Part shown: piece after piece, positions 41,380 through 51,960 of the stretch
Layout: the number at the start of each line of letters is the position of its first letter
Position numbering within the stretch: the first letter of the stretch is position 1
Origin: an uncultured Gammaproteobacteria bacterium
GTDB taxonomy: Bacteria; Pseudomonadota; Gammaproteobacteria; CAWCPV01
Direction: 5' to 3'
Assembly: GCA_963797555.1 (NCBI GenBank)
Contig: CAWCPV010000009.1
Span: 160,001-224,000, forward strand
Length of the DNA: 64,000 bases
The notes under the pieces: generated by a model
What the model was told of the DNA's origin: nothing
Database searches by the model: none
Seen by the model: only the letters and a program-made list of their open reading frames with translations
Translations under genes and position numbers: made by a program

Positions 41380-43356
41380 CTAGACTGCAGCAGCCGGCCG
41401 CGAGATTCCCTCGGGCTCGCCGGGGGCCGGTTTGATGAGCTGCTTGTACGCGACCTTCTTCAGGTTCCACTTGCCGGTGTTGCGGTCGTAAACGGAGTTC
41501 ACGAAACACTTCCAGTTCTGGTCGTCGATCTTCATGAAGTCCGCGCGGTAGTAGTAACCCGGATAGCGGGTCTCCTCGCGGAACTGGATGTGCTTCATGT
41601 GCGCTTCCGCGGCGATGATGCGGTGATAGTTCTCCCAAGCGCGGAGCAGCTCGTGAAGGTCCTTGGCCCGCATCTTCAGGGAGTCTTCCTTGAGCATCTG
41701 CAGCTTGCGCTCGGCCACCTCCAGCATCTTGGCGTTGGTCTGGTAGAAGGTCGAGGTGCCGCCCACATACTCGTCCATGATCTTCTGCAGGCGGAACTGC
41801 AGCATCTTGGGGGTGATGTAGTGCGGGTTGATGTCGATGGCCGTGGTGTAGTCCTTGTGCTCCAGGAAGGTGCGCACGGGACGGTAGATCTCTTCCAGCA
41901 GCTCGTCCACCGAGCGCGCCATCTCGGGCTTCCAGGTCTTGTTATCCATGACGAACTTGACCATGGCCTTGGCGGCGATGCGCCCCTCGGTATGGGACCC
42001 GGAGGAGAACTTGTGGCCGGAGGCGCCGACGCCGTCGCCCGCGGTGAACAGACCCTTCACCGTGGTCATGCGGCTGTAGCCCCAATGATAGTGATCGGGG
42101 GTGCCGGGGATGTCCGCGGGACCGGAGACCCAGATGCCGGCGCATCCCGCGTGGGAGCCGAGCAGGTAGGGCTCGGTGGGCATCAGCTCGGACATCTCCT
42201 TGTCGGGCTCGATGTTCTCGCCCGCCCACACGCCGCACTGGCCGATGGTCATGTCCAGGAAGTCTTCCCAAGCCTCGGCCTCGAGGTGCTTGATCTCCTT
42301 GGGAGTCATGGTCTCGGCCAGCTTGGCCATGGCGCTCGGGGTATCCATGAGGATGGGACCGCGGCCTTCCTTCATCTCTTTCATCATGAGATGGTTGCGC
42401 AGGCAGGTTCCCATCTTGGCGCCTTCGGCATATGCGTCGTAGCCGTGGTCCTTGAGGATGTGGGCGTTCTTGGTCTGGTAGTCCTCGCCCATGGCGTTCA
42501 TGGCCTTCGCCTTGAACAGCAGGAACCAGGCGCCCACCGGGCCGTAGCCGTCCTTGAAGCGGGCCGGCACGAAGCGGTTCTCCATCATGGTCATCTCGGC
42601 CCCGCACTCGGCCGCCATGGCGTAGGTGGAGCCCGCATTCCACACCGGATACCAGGCGCGGCCCGTGCCCTCGCCTACGGAGCGGGGACGGAACACGTTC
42701 ACGGCGCCGCCCGCGGCCAGCAGACAGGCCTTGAACTTGTAAATGAACAGCTTGTTCTCGCGGACGCTGAAGCCGGCGGCACCCGCGACGCGGCTCGGAT
42801 CGTTCTTGTCGGTCACCAGGCGCACGATGAACACGCGCTCCTCGATGTTGTCCATGCCGAGCGCCTTCTTGGCCGCCTCGGCCACGATCCACTTGTAGGA
42901 CTCGCCGTTGATCATGATCTGCCAGCGCCCGGAGCGCACCGGCTTGCCGCCCTCGGTGAGGCGCTTGCCTTCATCGCCGGGCTGCTTCCACACCGGCAGG
43001 CCCCACTCCTCGAAGTGGTGGACGGAGTCGTCCACGTGACGGCCCACGTCGTACACCAGATCCTCGCGGATGATGCCCATCAGGTCGCCACGCACGTAAC
43101 GCACGTAGTCGGCCGGGTCGTTCTCGCCCATGTAAGTGTTGATGGCCGAAAGACCCTGCGCCACAGCCCCGGACCGGTCGACGGCAGCCTTGTCCACCAG
43201 CTTAACCTTGATGTCGACACCCTGCTGCTTGGCCTTCTCGATCCAGCGCATGACCTCGAAGGCGGCGCCGCAACAGGCCATGCCGCCGCCGATGAGGAGG
43301 ATATCGACCTCTTCTTCCACAATCTGTGGGTTACCGAACCCGTATTGATCTGCCAT
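41380..43356 (-). CDS. aprA: Adenylylsulfate reductase alpha subunit
   Basis: GGGMACCGAA, RSGAVAQGLSAINTY, WQIMINGESYK, ENRFVPARFKDGYGPVGAWF. Confidence 0.98.
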   Translation of the reverse strand: MADQYGFGNPQIVEEEVDILLIGGGMACCGAAFEVMRWIEKAKQQGVDIKVKLVDKAAVDRSGAVAQGLSAINTYMGENDPADYVRYVRGDLMGIIREDLVYDVGRHVDDSVHHFEEWGLPVWKQPGDEGKRLTEGGKPVRSGRWQIMINGESYKWIVAEAAKKALGMDNIEERVFIVRLVTDKNDPSRVAGAAGFSVRENKLFIYKFKACLLAAGGAVNVFRPRSVGEGTGRAWYPVWNAGSTYAMAAECGAEMTMMENRFVPARFKDGYGPVGAWFLLFKAKAMNAMGEDYQTKNAHILKDHGYDAYAEGAKMGTCLRNHLMMKEMKEGRGPILMDTPSAMAKLAETMTPKEIKHLEAEAWEDFLDMTIGQCGVWAGENIEPDKEMSELMPTEPYLLGSHAGCAGIWVSGPADIPGTPDHYHWGYSRMTTVKGLFTAGDGVGASGHKFSSGSHTEGRIAAKAMVKFVMDNKTWKPEMARSVDELLEEIYRPVRTFLEHKDYTTAIDINPHYITPKMLQFRLQKIMDEYVGGTSTFYQTNAKMLEVAERKLQMLKEDSLKMRAKDLHELLRAWENYHRIIAAEAHMKHIQFREETRYPGYYYRADFMKIDDQNWKCFVNSVYDRNTGKWNLKKVAYKQLIKPAPGEPEGISRPAAAV

Positions 43357-43448
43357 TGCTACTTTCCCTCTGTCTTACGAATCCAACGCGGACCCGCCTC
43401 GACGAGGTCCGTGTCCCGCATAACGGCGGTGCCGAAGCGCGCAGCCGC

Positions 43449-43913
43449 TTAGCCTGCCGCGAACTGGCTCGTGTCGCAGGTGTGGGTGCCCTTGGTGAAC
43501 AGTGAGCCGTGGTCGGTGATCTCGCCCAGGTTCGCGTCGGGCTTACCCGCATAGGGCTGGATGGAGCCTTCAGGGGTGGTGCGGATGGGGAACTTGAACC
43601 GCTTCATGTTGCCGTTGCGGAAGCGGATGGTCCACATGATGGAGTCGGACCCGCGCAGCGGCTGCACCATGGCGCCGAGCGGCACCACGTCGGCGTAGTG
43701 GCGCACCTCGATGGCGTTCTGCGGGCAGATCTTCACGCAGGAATAGCACTCCCAGCACTGCTCCGGCTCCTGGTTGAAGGCTTTCATGGCGTGGCCGGTC
43801 AGCGAGCCATCCTTGTCCAGCAGCATCAGGTCGTGGGGGCAGATGTACATGCAGGCGGTCTTGTCCTGACCCTTGCAGCCATCACACTTGTCGGTACGTA
43901 CGTAGGTGGGCAT
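43449..43913 (-). CDS. aprB: Adenylylsulfate reductase beta subunit
   Basis: CDGCKGQDKTACMYICP, CWECYSCVKICP, FKFPIRTTPEG. Confidence 0.98.
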   Translation of the reverse strand: MPTYVRTDKCDGCKGQDKTACMYICPHDLMLLDKDGSLTGHAMKAFNQEPEQCWECYSCVKICPQNAIEVRHYADVVPLGAMVQPLRGSDSIMWTIRFRNGNMKRFKFPIRTTPEGSIQPYAGKPDANLGEITDHGSLFTKGTHTCDTSQFAAG

Positions 43914-43985
43914 CGAACTCCTCCGCGTCAGTTGACTGCAACACCACTGGTCGGTACGACCGGCGGATCGTTAAGAACGTAACGG

Positions 43986-45204
43986 TCAGCGGGCCGAATG
44001 ACCCGTCAACTTGACCTCGACCTTCTCGTGCTCGGCGAGACTTCCGTAATACTTCCGCAGGACGGCGAGCACCTCCGCGCGGCTGAACTCGGCCGGCACT
44101 TCCCCGCCCTCGGACAGAGCCTTGCGGAGCTTGGTGCCGGACAGCAGCAGCCGGTCCTCGGCCCGATGCGGGCAGGTCTTCATGGAGGCCATGCCGCCGC
44201 ACTTGTAGCACCAGAAGGTCCAGTCGATCTTGAGCGGCTTGGTCTCCAGCGCGTCCTTGGGAATCTCGTCGAAGATATGGTGGGCGTCGAAGGGGCCGTA
44301 GTAGTCGCCCACGCCGGCGTGGTCACGGCCGACGATGAGGTGCGAGCAGCCGTAGTTCTGGCGGAACAGGGCGTGCAACAGCGCCTCGCGCGGCCCTGCG
44401 TAGCGCATGTCCAGGGGGTAGCCGGCCTGCACCACGGTGTTCTTCACGAAGTAGTTTTCCACCAGGGTGTTAATCGCCTCGGCGCGCACCTCGGCGGGAA
44501 TGTCACCCGGCTTCAGCTTGCCGAGCAGCGAGTGGATCAGCACCCCGTCGCAGATCTCCACCGCAATCTTGGCGAGATACTCATGGGAGCGGTGCATGGG
44601 GTTGCGCGTTTGGAACGCGGCGACCGTGCTCCAGCCCTTGGACTCGAACAGCGCCCGGGTCTGGGCCGGGGTCATGTAGATATCGGGGTACTTGGTGGGG
44701 AATTCCCCTTGGGACAGCACCTTGACCGGACCCGCCAGGTTCACCTCCCCCTGCTCCATCAGCATCTTCACGCCGGGGTGGCCGCCGTCCGTGGTCTTGT
44801 ACACCATGACAGCTTCGTGCTCCTTGTCGATGGTGTACTTCTCGGTGATCTTCATGGTCGCCAGGGTCTCGCCGCTCTCGCGGTCCACCAAGGCGACGTT
44901 CCGAGCCGACCTTGACCGAGTCGGCCGTGGACGGGTCCGTCGACAGGGTGATGGGGATCGGCCAGAACAGACCGTTGGCGGTGTGATAGCCGTCACACAC
45001 CCCTGCCCAGTCGGCCCGGGTCATGAACCCTTCCAACGGGGTGAAGCCGCCGATACCCATCATGATCAGGTCTCCCGTCTCGCGGGAAGAGATGTGCACC
45101 TTGGGCAGGGTGGCGGCGCGGGCTTGCTCTTGCTCCAAGCGCTCGCCGGTAAGCAGCAGCGGCTTGAGATCTCCCCCGCCGTGGGGTTTCACTAGCTTCG
45201 ACAT
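43986..45204 (-). CDS. sat: Sulfate adenylyltransferase, apparent frameshift near 44905
   Basis: [55 protein letters not shown]. Confidence 0.95.
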
Positions 45205-45482
45205 GAGGCTTCCTCAGAGTGACCGAATCCTGGTGGGGCGCCCCGAGGCGGGGCACGTGACGACCCGCGGTACTTAAAGATCGGGCACTATATAGCGCCG
45301 TCCAGTAGATGCCAAGCAGGTTTATCTTCTCAGCACATAAAGAAGGCTTATGGTTGGGGACCTTGCGGGCGCGCCGTGCCGACTTCAGCGGATGGCGCCG
45401 GGGCACGCTCGCTGGGCGTCGCTAAGGGACGGGCATCGCGGTCTAACGCAGCCGCCCCCCGCGCGCTAGATGCCGCCCGTCG

Positions 45483-46853
45483 CTAGCCGACCCACACCGT
45501 CTTGGCGTTCACGAACTCGCGCAGGCCGTGGTGAGACAGCTCCCGCCCGTAGCCCGATGCCTTCACGCCTCCGAAGGGCAGCCGTGGGTCGCTCTTTACC
45601 ATCGCGTTGACGAACGCGCAGCCGCACTGGAGCTGCCGGGCGACGCGCTCGCCGCGCGCGGCGTCACGTGTCCAGACGCTGCCCCCGAGTCCGTACCGGG
45701 AATCGTTGGCGAGGCGCACCGCCTCGGTCTCGTCCGCTGCGCGGATGACGCTGCCCACGGGCCCGAACAGCTCCTCCTCGTACGCAAGCATGCCCGGCCG
45801 CACCCGGTCGAGGACGGAGGGCGCGTAGTAGTAACCCGGGCGGAGCAGGGGCGCGCAGCCGGTCACCGGCACCGCCCCGCGCTCGATGCTCTGCATCACT
45901 TGTTGGTGCAGCGCGTCACGCAGGTCCGAGCGGGCCAGCGGCGCCAGCGTCGTGGAGTCGTCCATGGGGTCCCCCGCCACGAGGTTTTCGGCCTCTTCGC
46001 GAAACCGCTCCACGAACTCGTCGCCGATGGCGTCCACGACGACGAAGCGTTTCGCGGCGATACAGCTCTGCCCTGCGTTGAGGTAGCGGGCGGCCGCCGC
46101 CGTGCGGGCGGTCGCATCGAGATCGGCATCTTCCAAGACGACGAAGGGGTCCGACCCTCCCAACTCCAGCACCGTCTTCTTCAGCGCGCCTCCCGCCAGC
46201 GCTGCCACCTTGCGCCCCGCTGACTCGCTTCCGGTCAGCGTCACGGCATGCACACGCGGGTCCTCGATGAGCTGGCGCAGGTGGGCGCCCGCCGATGTGA
46301 CCAACAGCGTCTGGAATACCCCCTCCGGCATACCTGCATCCGCCATGAGTTCCTCGATGGCGAGCGCGCACTGGGGCACGTTGGAGGCGTGCTTGAGCAG
46401 GGCCGTGTTGCCGGCGGCGAGGGCGGGCGCCGCAAAGCGGAATACCTGCCAGAACGGAAAGTTCCACGGCATGATGGCCAGCACGGTACCCAGGGGCTGG
46501 TAGGCGACGTAGCTGCGGCGTGCTTCGGTCGGCACCGGCTCGTCCTCCAGCCAGTCGCGCGCCTGCTGCGCGTAGTGATCGCAAACCCAGGCGCATTTCT
46601 CCACCTCGGCGCGGGACTCCTTGAAGAGCTTGCCCATCTCCCCGGTCATGAGTGCGGCCAACTCGTCCCGGCGCCTGCGCAGCACCTCGGCGACCCGCGC
46701 CAGGTGGCTGCCGCGCTCCTCGACGGCGAGCGCTCCCCAGGCTGGGGCGGACCTGGCGGCCTGGGCGAGTGCGCGCTCGATCCGGGCATCACCCCAGGCG
46801 TCCAGCCGCCTCAGCAGGGAACCGTCCGATGGGTTGATGGATTCCAGAGCCAT
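45483..46853 (-). CDS. NAD(P)-dependent succinate-semialdehyde dehydrogenase family
   Basis: IMPWNFPFWQ, LTGSE, LELGGSDP, NAGQSCIAAKR, EELFGP. Confidence 0.9.
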   Translation of the reverse strand: MALESINPSDGSLLRRLDAWGDARIERALAQAARSAPAWGALAVEERGSHLARVAEVLRRRRDELAALMTGEMGKLFKESRAEVEKCAWVCDHYAQQARDWLEDEPVPTEARRSYVAYQPLGTVLAIMPWNFPFWQVFRFAAPALAAGNTALLKHASNVPQCALAIEELMADAGMPEGVFQTLLVTSAGAHLRQLIEDPRVHAVTLTGSESAGRKVAALAGGALKKTVLELGGSDPFVVLEDADLDATARTAAAARYLNAGQSCIAAKRFVVVDAIGDEFVERFREEAENLVAGDPMDDSTTLAPLARSDLRDALHQQVMQSIERGAVPVTGCAPLLRPGYYYAPSVLDRVRPGMLAYEEELFGPVGSVIRAADETEAVRLANDSRYGLGGSVWTRDAARGERVARQLQCGCAFVNAMVKSDPRLPFGGVKASGYGRELSHHGLREFVNAKTVWVG

Positions 46854-47077
46854 AACGCCGTCCTCCTGGGCGCGCCACGCCGTCGGGCAACGGATCGGCG
46901 TCGCGCCGCCGTTCACTCCCCGCGCGTCTAAGGTAACAGAGGGTACGGTGCTAGAATAGGCTGCATTGCTTGCCGCCCGACCGGCTCAGGGCGGCTTTCC
47001 TGCACCGTGCACCATGGAAATGTTTGCTGCGCCACGGTGAGCAAATCTGCTGCGCGTCCCGATAGCCGCGTTGCGCG

Positions 47078-49195
47078 GTGCCAGCTTCTCGCCTATCGAC
47101 TGGATATGTGTCGTCGCCGCGCTCCGTGCGCCTCGCCCTCGGGCCGCTCGCGACGATTTCTTCACCAGGTTCTGAGGACGAGACCCGTTTGATCTTCCCC
47201 CTCCGGCTGCGGGTTTTCTGTGTGCTGCTGGGCGCCCTGTACACGTCAGGAGCGGTCAAGGACGCCCAGTGGGTCCACGAGCGCGAGCTGTTCTTGGAGG
47301 CGCGCAGCGCGCTCGCCGCCGGCGACAGGGCGACCTACCTCGATCTGCTGAAGGCCGTCCGGGACTATCCCCTGGTGGGCTATCTGCGCTACGAGGACCT
47401 GGAGAATCGGCTGGCCGATGCTACCGATGAGGAGATCGAGGTGTTTCTCGAGATCTACGGGGACTCACCGATCAGCGGGCGGCTGCGCAACGATTGGCTC
47501 GCTCGGCTCGCCGCCCAGGGGCGGTGGGACAAGTACCTGGAGGTGTACCAGGGAGATCAGGGTGCGGAGCTGCAGTGCTACCGCCTCCAGGCGCTGCTGC
47601 AGACGGGCAAGCGTGCCGCTGCCCTCGACAGCGTCGATGCCCTCTGGATGAACGGTCATCCCCGGCCCAGCGCCTGTGAGCCCGTCTTCTCCGCCTGGCG
47701 TGAAGAGGGCAGGATGACGGCCGACAAGGTCTGGAGGCGTATCCGTCTGGCGGTGGGGGACGGGCAGTGGGGTCTGGTCGGCTATCTGTCCACCTTCCTC
47801 AGCCCCGAGGATCGCCGGTGGGTCGAGGTGTGGAGGCGTGTCGACCGGGACCCCGGGGACGGCCTGAAGCAGCACGAGCTGCAGGGCAGCGAGCCCTTGG
47901 GGCGCGAGATCATCGCCTACGGGCTTCATCGCCTGGCGCAGCACGACGCGGAGGGCGCGCAGGGCCGCTGGCAGGAGATCAGCGCGAGCCATCGCTTCCC
48001 GGTCTCCGAGAGCACGGCGGTGGAACGCGACATCGCCCTGCACGCGGCCTATCAGCACCACCCGCGCGCTGCGGAGTGGCTTGCGGCGGTTCGCGGCGAC
48101 GACGCCACCCTGCGCACCTGGCGCGTGCGGGCCGCGCTGCGGGGACAAGACTGGAACGAGGCACTGCGCTGGATCGCAACCCTAACGCCGGAAGAGCAGC
48201 GCCAAGAGGAGTGGCGCTACTGGAAGGGCCGAGCCCTGTCCGCCGTGGGCCGGGAAGCCGTGGCGCGCCCCGACTTGGAGCCGCTGTCCGCTACGCGCGA
48301 CTACTATGGCTTCCTCGCGGCCGACTGGCTCAAGCGGCCGTACGCGCTTCAGGACCGGCCCATTGCATACACCGAGGCCGAACTAAGGGCGGTGGAGTCC
48401 ATGCCGGGTATCACCCGTGCCCGCGAGCTGCTGACGGTCGGCATGACGGTGGATGCGCGACGCGAATGGCACGAGGCCACGCGCGACTTGGACAGCCGCC
48501 GGCTGCAATTCGCCGCGGTGCTGGCACGGCGCTGGGGCTGGCTCGACCAGGCGATCCTGACCGTGGCGCGGAGCGAGCACTTCGACGACCTGGGCCTTCG
48601 TTTCCCCGTTGCGCACCAGGAGATCGTGTTGGAGAACGCCGGCGTTCAGTCGCTGGACGCGGCGTGGGTGTACGGCATTTTGCGGCAGGAAAGCGCTTTC
48701 TGGACCGACGCCCGATCCGGTGCCGGAGCCATCGGGCTCATGCAGCTCATGCCGAGCACGGCGGCGGAGACGGCACGCAGGCTCGACGAGCGCCTCAGGG
48801 ATTCTTATGAGCTGGTGGACCCGGCGCGTAACATCCGCTTGGGCAGCGCCTACCTCAAACGCGTGCTCGATGCCTTCAACGGTCACGAGGTCCTGGCGAC
48901 CGCCGCATACAACGCCGGCCCGCGCCGGGTCAGGCGCTGGCTGCCGGACGCGCGGCCGCTGCCGGCGGACATCTGGGTCGACACCATTCCGCTCAGCGAG
49001 ACCCGGAAGTACGTCAAGCACGTCCTGGAGTACACGGCGGTCTACGGCGAGCGCCTCGGGCAGCAGCTCAAGCGGCTCGCGGATCGCATGCCGCCGGTGC
49101 CCCCGAACGCCCTGGCCTTGACCACGGACCCTCCGGTGGACAAAATTCCTTCCCCGGACGGCGTCCCGCCTCGCCGCAGGCTCAATCGACCATGA
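47078..49195 (+). CDS. slt: Soluble lytic murein transglycosylase (true start probably ~47190)
   Basis: DYPLVGYL, RDYYGFLAA, ILRQESAF, GAIGLMQLMP, AAYNAGP, ETRKYV. Confidence 0.93.
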   Translation: MPASRLSTGYVSSPRSVRLALGPLATISSPGSEDETRLIFPLRLRVFCVLLGALYTSGAVKDAQWVHERELFLEARSALAAGDRATYLDLLKAVRDYPLVGYLRYEDLENRLADATDEEIEVFLEIYGDSPISGRLRNDWLARLAAQGRWDKYLEVYQGDQGAELQCYRLQALLQTGKRAAALDSVDALWMNGHPRPSACEPVFSAWREEGRMTADKVWRRIRLAVGDGQWGLVGYLSTFLSPEDRRWVEVWRRVDRDPGDGLKQHELQGSEPLGREIIAYGLHRLAQHDAEGAQGRWQEISASHRFPVSESTAVERDIALHAAYQHHPRAAEWLAAVRGDDATLRTWRVRAALRGQDWNEALRWIATLTPEEQRQEEWRYWKGRALSAVGREAVARPDLEPLSATRDYYGFLAADWLKRPYALQDRPIAYTEAELRAVESMPGITRARELLTVGMTVDARREWHEATRDLDSRRLQFAAVLARRWGWLDQAILTVARSEHFDDLGLRFPVAHQEIVLENAGVQSLDAAWVYGILRQESAFWTDARSGAGAIGLMQLMPSTAAETARRLDERLRDSYELVDPARNIRLGSAYLKRVLDAFNGHEVLATAAYNAGPRRVRRWLPDARPLPADIWVDTIPLSETRKYVKHVLEYTAVYGERLGQQLKRLADRMPPVPPNALALTTDPPVDKIPSPDGVPPRRRLNRP

Positions 49196-50157
49196 ACATC
49201 CAGACCATCTGCGTGCTCGGCGGCACCGGCTTCGTCGGACGCCACCTGCTCAACCGGCTGATGGCGGACGGCTACCGTCTGCGGGCGCTCACTCGGCACC
49301 GGGAGCGTCACCGCGACCTGCTGGTCCTGCCCACCCTGGAGCTCGTAGAAGCAGACGTCCAAGACCGGGCGACGCTGGCAGCGCAGTTCGCCGGGTGCGA
49401 CGCCGTCATCAACCTCGTGGGGATACTCAACGAGCGTGGTCGGAACGGCAAGGATTTCCACCGCGTGCACGTAGAGCTGCCCCGCAGGGTGGCCGCGGCG
49501 TGCCTGGAGACCGGGGTCCCGCGCCTGCTGCACATGAGCGCGTTGCACGCGGATGCCGAAAAGGGGCCGAGCATCTACCTGCGCACCAAGGGCGAAGGAG
49601 AGGATCTGGTGCACGCGGCGGAAGGCCGGGGCCTGCAGGTGACCAGCTTCCGGCCTTCGGTGATCTTCGGCCCCGGAGACAGCTTCTTCAACCGCTTCGC
49701 GACACTGCTCAAGCTCGCCCCCGGCATCTTTCCCCTGGCGTGCCCGGACGCGCGATTCGCGCCCGTCTACGTGGGAGACCTCACCGAATGCTTCGCAGGC
49801 GCCCTCAAGGAACGCGCCACCGCCGGCCAGCGCTACGATCTCTGTGGTCCGCAGATCTACAGTCTGAAGGAGTTGGTCCAGTACACCGCCCGTGTAGCGC
49901 GGCTGCACCGCCTCGTCGTGGGTCTCGGCGACCGCATGTCCTACCTCCAGGCGCGGTTGCTACAGCACGTACCGGGCAGGCCCTTCTCCGTGGACAACTA
50001 CCTGTCGCTGCAGGTGGACAGCATCTGCGAAGGACCGTTTCCCGGGGTATTCGGCCTGTCGCCTCAGTCCATAGAAGCGGTCGTACCCGGTTATCTGGCC
50101 GGCGGCACGCAGCGTGCTCGCTACGGCCTCTACCGCCGCAAGGCGGGGCGCGACTGA
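49192..50157 (+). CDS. NDUFA9-like NAD(P)-binding SDR
   Basis: LGGTGFVGRHL, VINLVGIL, HMSALHA, YLRTKGEGE, RPSVIFG. Confidence 0.9.
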   Translation: MNIQTICVLGGTGFVGRHLLNRLMADGYRLRALTRHRERHRDLLVLPTLELVEADVQDRATLAAQFAGCDAVINLVGILNERGRNGKDFHRVHVELPRRVAAACLETGVPRLLHMSALHADAEKGPSIYLRTKGEGEDLVHAAEGRGLQVTSFRPSVIFGPGDSFFNRFATLLKLAPGIFPLACPDARFAPVYVGDLTECFAGALKERATAGQRYDLCGPQIYSLKELVQYTARVARLHRLVVGLGDRMSYLQARLLQHVPGRPFSVDNYLSLQVDSICEGPFPGVFGLSPQSIEAVVPGYLAGGTQRARYGLYRRKAGRD

Positions 50158-51006
50158 GGGACGCAGCCGCGCGCGGGTCCCCGCCCCCGAGGCGGCGTTC
50201 CGCGGGGCGCAGGAGCGGGTGGCCGCGGCCCAGGCGGAGGCCGGCTACGCCCAGGCGCATCGGTTTCGCTCTGCAAGGTGAGTTGCGTGTCCGAGGACGA
50301 GCGCGGCCGAGCCGAGGCCCGAGCCCGAGCGGCCCAGGCCCAACCTGCGCTCGGCCAAGCAGCAACGTCGGAGATCGGAGCACCAAGATTCTCGCTCGGA
50401 GGGGCAACGTCGAAGCTCCGAGCTTTGACACCGGAGCTCGGAGCCTCGACGCCGGAACTCGGACCTTGGAAGTCGGAGCGTTGCGCACCCACGGAGGTCG
50501 CATCCGCTCCGATGAAGTACCGCCGCGCTCGATTTCGTCTCTCCGAGATCCAGCGACCGTGGCGTCCGCCTCCTTGACAGTCCCGTTAGCAGCCAGCAGA
50601 CTCGGTTCAGTTGGCAGCGCGCCCCCACCGGTTGGGCCGCAAGGGGGGCAAGCCGGCGGCATCGCGGTGTGGGATTGAAGAGGTGGCGGACAAGACCACC
50701 CGGAGAGACATGGGAGGCAGCAGCAAAGTTCCGGGTACTGTCGGCCAGCGGATCTCAGCGTACGGCGGGAGCAGGGATAGGCGGACGATGTCCGCCTATG
50801 CCCTCTGCGCAGGTTTTCCGCCTGAGCTTCTCACAGGGACCGTGCACAACGTAACCTGCTGTATACTGCGGGGAGTTGTCTCGGCCTGCGCTGTCATCAG
50901 GGCGAGGACGGGCGGAGGCGAGGGTGCGGGATAGGTGGACAATGTCCGTGTTTAAACACGGATGATGTCCGTCTACTCAGACTGTTAGGGCACCAAGGAT
51001 ACAGAC

Positions 51007-51834
51007 ATGATCGATGAATCGAATCATGACGACGAAATGGAACTACCCAAGGAAAGTAAAATCGCAAAATACTCGCGCGGAGCACTTCAAGCCGTAGGCG
51101 GTGCAGTGCCCTTCGTGGGCGGTGTATTCTCCGCAATTGCCGGGGCTTGGTCAGAAGGTGAACAAGAGAAGGTTAATCGCTTTTTTGAACACTGGGTTCG
51201 GATGCTCCAGGACGAGTTAAAAGAAAAAGAACAAACAATCATTGAAATAATGGCTCGCCTTGACCTCCAAAATGAAGCTATCGCGCAACGAGTAGAAAGC
51301 AAAGAATATCAGTCTCTTGTAAAGAAAACATTTCGCGAATGGGCAGGCGTAGAAAGCGAAGAAAAACGAGTATATATAAGAAACATACTATCAAATGCTG
51401 CAGCAACATCCCTAACCAGTGACGATGTGATACGCTTATTCATCGATTGGATAAGCAGTTATTCGGAAATGCATTTTCAAGTTATTGGAGCCATATACAA
51501 CAGTGGTGGCATAACTCGCGGTGGTATTTGGCGAAAAATTGGTAAAAGGCCTGTGCGTGAAGATTCTGCTGAAGCAGATTTATATAAGCTACTGTTTCGA
51601 GATCTGAGTACGGGTGGAATTATCAGACAGCACAGACAGGTGGACCGGTTTGGTAATTTCATCGCAAAACAACCACAGAAAAGCCCCAAGGGTAGTGGCC
51701 CAAAACCACTGGTATCGGGATTTGATAATAACGAGGGCTACGAGTTAACAGGCCTTGGACAGCAATTTGTTCACTATGCAATGAGTGAGTTGCCTCCAAA
51801 AATCGAGTTTCAACCAGAAGATGAGCAGCCCCAA
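51007..51834 (+). CDS. Low-GC cassette-like hypothetical protein that reads through an attC into the next gene
   Basis: AT-rich; preceded by GTTAGGG at 50984; ends YELTGLGQQFVHY...; CAA at 51832 sits where an attC-embedded TAA stop is expected. Confidence 0.65.
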
Positions 51835-51892
51835 CAATGGGCTCCAAGGGACGCTCCGCTTCGCTGCGCGCCCCTGAGCCCAAGCGTTCGGC
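51829..51892 (+). other. attC-like site
   Basis: CCCCAAC-AA-TGGGCTC(C)AAGGGACGC...GCGCCCCTGAGCCCA-AGC-GTTCGGC: ~64-bp hairpin with an extra-helical base. Confidence 0.7.
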
Positions 51893-51960
51893 GGGAATGG
51901 CTCGTCGACGTTTCGCACGGGCGTGGGGCCCTGTTTTATTCATCCAGGAGGTTCGGGACC

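Noticed and set aside
41050-43452. Long antisense ORFs (800 aa here; also 18602-20560, 23106-25049, 60135-61736)
   Set aside because: Shadows of real genes on the opposite strand in high-GC DNA, with no domain motifs
44890-44920. Programmed frameshift in sat
   Set aside because: No slippery heptamer; similar lone indels elsewhere suggest error
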